Source: Gemmatimonadota bacterium
Lineage (GTDB): Bacteria; Gemmatimonadota; Gemmatimonadetes; Gemmatimonadales; GWC2-71-9
Direction of reading: 5' to 3'
Length of the DNA stretch: 64,000 nt
Assembly: GCA_011390645.1 (NCBI GenBank)
Contig: JAABRY010000004.1
Span: 1,608-65,607, forward strand
Positions 26,953 to 35,800 of this stretch are shown one piece after another. How positions within the stretch are numbered: the first letter of the stretch is position 1; each line of letters opens with the position of its first letter. The notes below the pieces were generated by a model. The model was not told where the DNA came from, did no database searches, and worked only from the letters and a program-made list of their open reading frames with translations. Made by a program: the position numbers and the translations under genes.

Positions 26953-29253
26953 ATGAAATCCTGTCTCCTGCTCGCCGTCCTGGTCCTCCCGTCCGTGCTC
27001 CCTGCGCAATCCCCTCCCCCCATGTTGCAGCCACCGCGGCTTGAGGTGGAGGTCACGATCGACGGGGTGCTGGACGAACCGGCCTGGCAACAGGCGGCTC
27101 GGGCAGATGGCTTCTTCCAGTTCCGGCCCGTGGACTCGCGCCCCGCCGAGGATTCGACGGTGGTCCTGGTCTGGTACTCGCCCACCGCGATCCATTTCGG
27201 CATCCTCGCCTATGACCAGGATCCTGCGTCGGTGCGTGCGACGCTCTCCGATCGCGACAACATCGGCAGCGACGATCAGGTCACCATCTTCCTGGACACC
27301 TTCAACGATCGCCGGCGCGCGTACTTCTTCGGCGTGAACCCCTACGGCGTGCAGGACGACGGCGTGCGCAGCGAGGGCGGCTTCTCGGCCTCGAGCGGCG
27401 GGTCGGGGAGCACCGATCGCAATCCGGACTTCGTCTGGCAGAGCAAGGGGATGAAGACCGACTTCGGCTGGGTCGCCGAACTGCGCGTGCCGTTCAAGTC
27501 GCTGCGCTGGAACGCCGGCGGGGAACTGACCTGGGGCTTCAACGTGCAGCGCGTGACCCGACGCACCGGGTATGAGGACACCTGGACCGACGTGCGTCGT
27601 GCCAACGCCTCGTTCCTCGCGCAGGCCGGTGCCCTCGCCGGGATCCGCGAGATTCAACGCGGCGTCGTCACCGAGGTCCAGCCGACCATCACGGCAGATT
27701 TTCCCGGGCAGCGGCTGGGGGATGGACGCTTTGACCGGGGCGACGTGCGGCATGATGTCGGCGTCAACTTCCGCTTCGGCTTCACCCAGACGACGCTGGA
27801 CGGCACCATCAATCCGGACTTCTCGCAGGTCGAGTCCGACGCGGGACTGGTGACGATCAACGAGCGCTTTGCGCTCTTCTTCCCGGAGCGGCGTCCGTTC
27901 TTCCTCGAGGGCGTCGAGCTCTTCGCCTCACCGAACAACCTCGTCTACACCCGTACCGTGGCGAACCCGCTGGGCGGTGCCAAGTTGACGGGGAAGTTCG
28001 GTGCGGTGACGGTGGCCCATCTCACCGCCCTCGATGAATTCGGCCAGGCCCGTGACGGTGGTGTCACCGGCGACACCCGTGCGCTGGTCAACATCACCCG
28101 ACTGCGCCGCGATGTCGGTGCGAACTCCATCGCCGGGGTGACCCTCACCAATCGCGACGAAGACGGCGACTACAACCGCGTGCTCTCGGCGGACACGCGG
28201 CTGGTCTTCAAGGAGCTGTACTATCTCCAGGCGCAGGTGGGCGCCTCGTTCACCCGCGATGGTCGTGATGATGACGTGCGGAGCGATCCGCTCTGGGAGG
28301 TCGAGGTCGACCGCACCGGTCGCGCCTTCGGTTTCAACTACAAGGTCACCTCGATCGGCGACGACTTCGAGACCTGGAGCGGTTTCGTTAATCGTACCGG
28401 CATCGTCACCGCACGCGCCTTCAATCGCTACTCAGCGTATGGGGCACGCGGGGCGCTGGTCGAACAGGCCTCGGTCTTCGGTGGCATCAGCCGGATCTGG
28501 CACGCAGGCGACCTGTTCGCCTCGCGCGCGCTCGAAGGCAGCAACGAGCTCAACTACTCGGCACGCGTGCGGGGTGGGTGGAACCTCTCCGGCAAGGTCG
28601 AGCAAAGCTTCGTGCGCTTCGATCCGAATGCCTATGTGAACTACACGGTCGCCTCCCCAGGGGGGGCGACGGCGTTCCGCCCCGCTGGCGGAGTGTTCGA
28701 TGCGCTGGCCACCAACATTTCCCTCTCCACGCCAACGTGGCGTCGGTGGGAGGGCTCGTTGCGGTTCGAGACCGGGGCGACGGCAATCTTCCCCGAGGCC
28801 GCAGAAGGGCGCGCCCAGTCGGCGACCGCCTCGGTCACCCTGCGGCCGAATGCCTCGGTGCGAGTCTTCGGTACGCTGCGCGCCCAGCGCCTCAAGCGCG
28901 CGACCGACGGTAGCGAATTCGCGCGCACGATTCTGCCGCGCCTCAAGGTCGAGGTGCAACCGAATCGCTACCTCTTCTTCCGGTTGGTGGCGGAATACCG
29001 CAGCGAACGTCAGGACGCGTTGCGCGACCCCACGACGGGGCAGGCGATCCTGATTGGCGGGACTCCGGCCGATCGCCGCCGCACCGATCGCCTGCGGATG
29101 GACTGGCTGGCGTCGTATGAGCCGACCCCGGGTACGATCGCCTTCATCGGCTATGGCTCCACGCTCGATGGCGACCGCGCGCTGACGCTCCGCTCACTGG
29201 AGCGTGTCGAGGACGGAATCTTCGTGAAGGTGGCGTACTTGTTCAGGAAGTAG
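26953..29253 (+). CDS. DUF5916 / carbohydrate-binding-family-9-like outer-membrane protein
   Basis: ATG 26953 gives a signal peptide (LLLAVLVLPSVLPAQS). An N-terminal CBM9-like region (IDGVLDEPAWQQA..FFQFRP) is followed by a long beta-rich C-terminus ending ..VKVAYLFRK. Confidence 0.7.
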   Translation: MKSCLLLAVLVLPSVLPAQSPPPMLQPPRLEVEVTIDGVLDEPAWQQAARADGFFQFRPVDSRPAEDSTVVLVWYSPTAIHFGILAYDQDPASVRATLSDRDNIGSDDQVTIFLDTFNDRRRAYFFGVNPYGVQDDGVRSEGGFSASSGGSGSTDRNPDFVWQSKGMKTDFGWVAELRVPFKSLRWNAGGELTWGFNVQRVTRRTGYEDTWTDVRRANASFLAQAGALAGIREIQRGVVTEVQPTITADFPGQRLGDGRFDRGDVRHDVGVNFRFGFTQTTLDGTINPDFSQVESDAGLVTINERFALFFPERRPFFLEGVELFASPNNLVYTRTVANPLGGAKLTGKFGAVTVAHLTALDEFGQARDGGVTGDTRALVNITRLRRDVGANSIAGVTLTNRDEDGDYNRVLSADTRLVFKELYYLQAQVGASFTRDGRDDDVRSDPLWEVEVDRTGRAFGFNYKVTSIGDDFETWSGFVNRTGIVTARAFNRYSAYGARGALVEQASVFGGISRIWHAGDLFASRALEGSNELNYSARVRGGWNLSGKVEQSFVRFDPNAYVNYTVASPGGATAFRPAGGVFDALATNISLSTPTWRRWEGSLRFETGATAIFPEAAEGRAQSATASVTLRPNASVRVFGTLRAQRLKRATDGSEFARTILPRLKVEVQPNRYLFFRLVAEYRSERQDALRDPTTGQAILIGGTPADRRRTDRLRMDWLASYEPTPGTIAFIGYGSTLDGDRALTLRSLERVEDGIFVKVAYLFRK

Positions 29254-29310
29254 TCTGCGGGCCGGCGGGCGCCGGGTCGGGCAAGGGTGTCGTGTCGCCT
29301 GCCGTCGTGT

Positions 29311-29538
29311 CTAGCGGGGGGCGCTGCGACGATCGGGGACGTGTTCAAGCAAGTCACCCGGCTGAATCTCGAGTGCGCCACAAATCCGGTCGAGCGTGTC
29401 GACGGTGAATCGCCCGAACTCCATCTTCGGATCGGCGAGGCGATACGTTGTCGGGGCAGACAACCCGGTCATCAGGGAGAGCCGGTAGGGAGTCCATCCC
29501 TTGGCCTTCAGCACCTCGGCCAGACGAAAGCGAATCAA
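29311..29538 (-). CDS. small XRE/Cro-C1-type HTH transcriptional regulator (copy 1)
   Basis: 75 aa with a TTG start supported by alignment to copy 2. HTH region is WTPYRLSLMTGLSAPTTYRL. The ..FTVDTLDRICGALEIQPGDLLE tail is typical of short YozG-like HTH proteins. Confidence 0.8.
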   Translation of the reverse strand: MIRFRLAEVLKAKGWTPYRLSLMTGLSAPTTYRLADPKMEFGRFTVDTLDRICGALEIQPGDLLEHVPDRRSAPR

Positions 29539-29610
29539 TTGGCTACCCCAAGGGGTTAATGCACACGGGCAAGATTGGTACGGAACCCCTATAATCTAAA
29601 GACGTATTAG

Positions 29611-29639
29611 TTGCTGGTAATAACACCCGGTGTAAGTAA
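29611..29639 (+). promoter_or_regulatory. candidate promoter of the glucan synthase gene (-35 TTGCTG, 17-nt spacer, -10 AAGTAA) with dyad ACACC-c-GGTGT in the spacer
   Basis: It sits in a locally AT-rich stretch (about 44% GC over 29551-29640 by hand count). Geometry matches the copy-2 promoter, with the dyad centre 17 nt from the -35 start. 22 of 31 positions are identical to 38530-38560. Confidence 0.4.
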
Positions 29640-29858
29640 CGACATGGAAGAGTGACGTGCCCTGAGCCCCGCCGTTGAGGGGGTGTTTCGGTCCCTCTGC
29701 CCCCCCCGACATCGACGAACCATCCTCGGCGTGCGCACAGCGGAGCCACCGTGATCGGGTTCTCCTGCCGTTGCGCGTGATCATGTGGGCTGTGCCTTGT
29801 GATGGGGATCACTCGTCCCCACCGACGCCATCTCTCGCCACAGAAGGTTCCGTTTGCC

Positions 29859-32800
29859 ATGCCAGTCACCTCGTGGATTGCCCGCCTCCTCCCTTCGCGG
29901 CGGGACGGCCCTGACGAGGTGCTTGCTGGACCGATCCGTGGCGACCTGCTCGGCCACGAGCACCTCGTGCAGCGCGCGCAAGCGGTGGCGCGTGGTCAAC
30001 AGCTCGCCCCTCGCCGCCGGGGTGGGCGCCGGCCGAAGCTTCTCGCCCGCCTGGATGACACGCGCCGGGTCATCGCTTCCGCACATTCGCGCCTCGTTGG
30101 CACGACCAGTGAAACCGACATCGGCCCTGCCGGGGCCTGGTTGCTCGACAACTTCCATGTGGTCGAGCAGCACATCCGTGAGGTCGAGGCCAGCCTCCCG
30201 CGCAACTACTACGCGGAACTCCCCGAACTGGCGACGGGTCCGCTCGCCGAATATCCGCGCGTGTATGAATTGGCCATCACACTCATTTCGCACACCGAGG
30301 GCCGGCTCGACCTGGAGAACATCGAGTCCTTCATCGAGGCGTTCCAGCACGAGGTAGCGCTCTCGATCGGCGAGCTGTGGGCCGTCCCGGCGATGTTGCG
30401 GCTGGGCCTGCTCGAGAGCGTGCGGCGCACCACCCTGCGGACGGTGGAGCGCCTTGGGGAGGTGGAGTCGGCCGATCGGTGGGTTGTGCGCCTCCTTGCC
30501 GCCGAGGCGGACGGGCCCGACGCCCTGCGCGCGGCGCTTCGGGACTTCACGGACTCATCCCCCGGGCTCACGCCGAGCTTCGTTGCGCACCTGCTGCAGC
30601 AGCTTCGGCACGCAGGTCATGAACCGCAGACCTTTGCCCGTCTCGAGGCGTGGATCGCGGAGCAAGGCGCCAGCGGCGAGGACGCGGAAGCCCTTGCCAC
30701 GCAACGGCTCGGACTGACCCAGTTGATCATGGCCAACAGCATCCTGTCGCTGCGCGCGATTGGGCGTCTGGATTGGCGGGCACTGGTCGAGCGCCAGAGT
30801 GCGATCGAGGCAATCCTCCGGGATGATCCGGCGGCCATCCACGCGCAGATGACCTTTGCCACGCGAGACCGCTACCGGCACGTGGTCGAGCGGGTGGCCC
30901 GGCGGACACAGCGCTCAGAGGAAGAGGTCGCCAGGACCACCTTGGCGCTGGCGCGCGACGCGGCCGCGACCCACCCGGAGGCACCGTGGCGTGCGCACAT
31001 CGGCTACTTCCTGGTCGACGACGGGTTCGAGACATTGGCGCAGGCCACCGGCTATCGTCGCGGCCCCCGCGAGCGACTGCATCATCTGGTGTGTCGCCAT
31101 CCCAATGTCGTCTTTGGGGGGGGGATTGCCCTGGGCACGGCCGCTGCCCTTGCCGCGCTCTTCGCGCTGGCCGGACCCGTCGCGGGTGACGCCTGGGCCC
31201 TGGTGGCGCTGGTCGCCTTCCTGCCGGCACTCGACATCGCGGTGCATGCCGTCAACCAGCTCGTCACCACCTTCCTGCCGCCGCGCATCCTGCCGAAGCT
31301 CGATCTGCGGACGGCGGGCATCCCGGCACACCTGCGGACTGCCGTCGTGATCCCCACCTTGTTCGACAATGTGGCGGCGGTGCACGAAGCGCTCGAGAAT
31401 GTCGAGGTGCAGTTCCTGGCGAATCGGGGTGAGCATCTTCACTTCGCGGTGCTGAGCGACTTCACCGATGCCGTCGCCGAGGTCATGCCCACGGATGATG
31501 CCATTCTCCGGGCAGCCGTCACCGGGATCGACGCGCTCAACGCGCGCTACGCACCGAAACATCGCGACGCGTTCTATCTCTTTCATCGTCCGCGGCAGTG
31601 GAATGCCTCGCAGGGCACGTGGATGGGGTGGGAGCGCAAGCGCGGCAAGCTGGGAGAGTTCAATCGATTCGTCCGTGGTGGGGCCGCGGCGGCATTCTCG
31701 ACGACGGTCGGCAACCTCACACCACTGCGTGGCATCCGTTACGTGATCACGTTGGATGCGGATACGATGCTCCCTGCCGAAGCGGCACCGTTGTTGATCG
31801 GCACAATCGCCCATCCGCTCAATCAGGCCGTCTTCGATGCGACGACCAGCCGTGTCGTGCGTGGGTATGGTGTGCTCCAACCCCGCGTCAGTGTTTCGCT
31901 CCCGAGCGCACACCAGACGCCCTTCGCGAAGATTCACTCGGGCCACCCCGGGGTGGACCCCTACACGACCGCGGTGTCGGATGTCTACCAGGACCTGTAC
32001 GGCGAGGGGAGCTACACGGGGAAGGGCATTTACGACCTGGATGTCTTCGAGCAGGCCACTGGTGGCCGCTTCCCCGAGAACACGCTGCTCTCGCACGACC
32101 TGATCGAGGGCAACTACGCGCGTGCGGGTCTGGTGACCGATATCACGCTGCATGATGACTACCCCGCACGCTACGCCACGCACAGCCGCCGCAAGCATCG
32201 CTGGATTCGGGGAGACTGGCAGCTCGTGGGGTGGTTGAGACGTCGGGTGCCCGGCCCCGCCGGGCCGCAACGCAACCGGCTCTCCCTCCTCTCGCGGTGG
32301 AAGCTGCTCGACAACCTGCGCCGCAGCACCACGGAGATCGCGCAACTCGCGTTTCTCATCGCAGGGTGGTGGTTGGTGCCTGGGTCACCATTGCGATGGA
32401 CCGCGCTGGCCTTGGCGGCGGTGGCGGCACCCTGGATCATCGGGTTCCTGCTCGCCGCCTTGCGACCGCCGCGTGACGCCTCGTGGCGTGCCTACTACAC
32501 GGCGATTGGCCGAGATCTGCGCGTCAGTGCGCAGCAGGTGGGGCTGGCCGTGGCCTTCCTGCCGCACCAGGCGTGGGTCTCGGTGGATGCCATCGTGCGC
32601 ACCTGGTACCGGCTGGGCGTCAGTCGCCGGCAACTCCTCGAGTGGCAGGCCGCAGCGCAGGCAGCGCACAGTGACCTGCTCCGTCCCCAAACGACGTGGC
32701 GGTTGATGCGACCCGCCGTGGTGCTGACCGCGATGCTTGCCGTGGTGGCGATGTTGCCCGGTGTGCATGGGCCGGACACCCTGCCGCCATGGCGACAAGC

Positions 32801-35800
32801 GTTGGCCGCGTTGCCTATTCTCGCACTCTGGGGCGCCGCCCCACTCCTGGCCCGTTTCCTCAGTGCTCCCGTGCGCCGGGGTCCGCGCCTCGCGCTCTCG
32901 CTCCAGGCGCAGGCTGCCCGGTACGCGCGGTACCACTGGGCCTACTTCGAGCGCTTCGCGACGGCGGAGACCCACTGGTTGATCCCCGACAACTTTCAGG
33001 ACGATCCCCTGCCGGTCGTCGCGATGCGCACCTCCCCAACCAACATCGGGTTGCAACTCCTCGCGACGGTCAGCGCCCGCGACCTGGGTTTCCTCTCCAC
33101 CGGGGAGATGGTCGAGCGACTGGAGGCGATCTTCGCGTCGATGGATCGGATGGACCGTCTCCGCGGGCACTTCTTCAACTGGTACGACCTGCACGATCTC
33201 CGGGTCCTCGCGCCGGCGTATGTCTCAACCGTCGACAGCGGCAATCTGGCCGGCCATCTCATTGCGCTGCGGCAAGCGTGCCTTGGCCTGCAGGACGGGA
33301 CGGAACTGGATGCACGACTCGCATCGCTCGCGGAACGGGCGTACACCTTCGCGATGGCGATGGACTTCTCGTTCCTCTATGACCCCCGCCGCAAGCTGCT
33401 CGCGATCGGCTATCAGCATGAGACCCACACTCTCGATGAGTCCTACTACGACTTGCTGGCGTCCGAAGCACGCCTCGCGTCGTTCATCGCCATCGCCAAA
33501 CGCGACCTCCCCGTGGAGCACTGGTTCCGCCTGGATCGCACCCTGACGCGTACCGATGGCGAGACAGCGCTCATCTCATGGAGCGGGAGCATGTTCGAGT
33601 ACCTGATGCCCACCCTGGTGATGCGCACGTATCCATCCACCCTGCTCGACCAGACCTGTCGCGCAGCCGTGCAGCGACACATCCGTCACGGTGCCGCGCA
33701 TGACGTGCCCTGGGGGGTCAGCGAGAGCGCCTACAATGTGCGTGATCGTCACCTCACCTATCAGTATCGCGCGTTCGGCGTGCCAGATCTGGCTCTCAAG
33801 CGCGGGCTCGGCCGTGACCTGGTGATTGCTCCGTATGCCTCGATCCTCGCGATGCAGGTGGAACCGGAGCGCGCCCTGGCGAATCTTGATCGCCTCGAAT
33901 CGGCGAAGACCCTCGGTCCGTATGGGTTCCGCGACGCGATCGATTTCACTCGTCCCGATCCGGACGGCTCGGGCGCGGTGGTGGCAACCGTGATGGCGCA
34001 CCATGCCGGAATGAGTCTGGTGGCGCTGACCAATACGCTCACGGCAGAGATCTGGCAGCGTCGATTTCACGACGACGCCCTGGTGCGCGCCGCCGAGCTG
34101 CTGTTGCACGAGCGCATCCCGCGTCGCTTCCTGCTGCAAGCCCCGCAGGCTCAACCGACACCGACCGCACGATCCACCCCCGAGGCAGCGCGACCGGTGG
34201 TGCGTGAGGTGGTCGACCCGGTGGGCGCGGCGTCGCGCATCGCCATGCTGGGCCGCGCGCCCTATACGGTCATGGTCAGCAGTGCCGGCGGAGGCCCGAG
34301 CCAGTTCGAGGACATCGCGGTCACCCGGTGGCGACCCGACGCCACGGCGGACGACACCGGACAGTTCTGCTACGTGCGGAACGTGACCGCTGGGCGAACC
34401 TGGTCGGTCGCGCACCAGCCGACTGGCGTTGCGGCTGACGCGCATCGCGTGGTACTGGCGAATGACCGGGCCACATTCGAGCGCGTCGACGGTGACATCG
34501 AGACCCGCACCGAGGTCGTGGTCGTGCCCGAGGACGCGGCTGAAGTTCGTCGCGTCACCGTCACCAACACTGGGGCCACGACGCAGACGGTCGAATTGAC
34601 CAGTTACGGCGAGATCGTCATGGCCCGCCAGAGTGCCGACCGCGCGCACCCCGCGTTCTCCAACCTCTTCGTCGAGACCGAGTGGCACGACTGGTGTTCA
34701 GCGATCACGGCCACGCGACGCCCGCGATCCGAGGGTGAACGACGGCTCTGGTGTGTGCATGTGGTGGATACCGCCGCGGCACGCGGGCACGAGGTCAGTT
34801 GCGAGACCGAGCGCGCCCGATTCCTGGGGCGAGGACGGTCCGTGCGCGATCCGATCGCGGTGGAGACGAGTGGTCCGCTCTCCGGGACGACCGGCTCCGT
34901 GCTGGACCCGATCTTCGCCCTGCGTGTCTCGGTCCGGCTCCAGCCGGGCGAGTCCACGACGATCACGTTCACCACGTTGGTCGCCACGACACGTGACCGC
35001 GCACTCGAGATGGCGGACCGCTACCACGATGTCCACGCCGCACAGCGCGCACTTGACCTCGCGGCGATGTCCACCCAGGCCGAGTTGCGCGACCTGGCCA
35101 TGACGCCCGCGGATGCCGCGCTGTTCCAGGATGTCGCGGCCCACCTGGTGCGCGGGACCGCGATGCTACGGGCCCCCCAGGAAGAAGGACAGTTGAATCG
35201 CGGCGGCCAACCGATGTTGTGGGCGCAGGGCATCTCCGGCGACCATCCCATCGTCCTCGCGACGATCGCGGGGGATGTCGGCCTGCCGACCCTGCGCCAA
35301 CTGCTTGCCGCGCACCGCTTCTGGCGGCTGCGCGGCATGACGGTGGATCTGGTGGTCCTCAATACACGCGCCACCGGCTACCTGCTCGACCTCGACCATG
35401 CCATCAGCGCAGGGATCTTTGCCGAGGGCGAGACGGCCGTGCGAGACCAGCCGGGCGGAGTGTTCGTGCGGCGTCAGGATCAACTTGGCAAGGACGAACT
35501 GCTGATGCTGCGCGCATCGGCCCGCATTGTTGTCCCGTGCGATGGCCGTGCCCTCGAGGCGTGGCTGCATGTCCAATCGGGAGACGCCGCGACCACGCCC
35601 GTTCGGGAGATCGAACGACGCGCAACCGTCCGGCTGGGCACCGACATGCTCTCCCCGCGTGCAGCGCATGCCCTGCGCTGGCTGCGCACACCGAAGCCTG
35701 CCCCCGTACCAGATGTGGAGGGCGATGCCACATCGATCATCGGCGTCGAGAGCACCACTCCGCCGCAGGTCATGCCTGCGCTGCGCTTCGACAACGGGAT

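Noticed and set aside
29675-29914. 79-aa ORF in the ndvB leader (MRGCFGPSAPPDIDEPSS...).
   Set aside because: It has no RBS or family resemblance, overlaps the ndvB start out of frame, and has a Pro/Ser/Cys-rich composition typical of a spurious frame.
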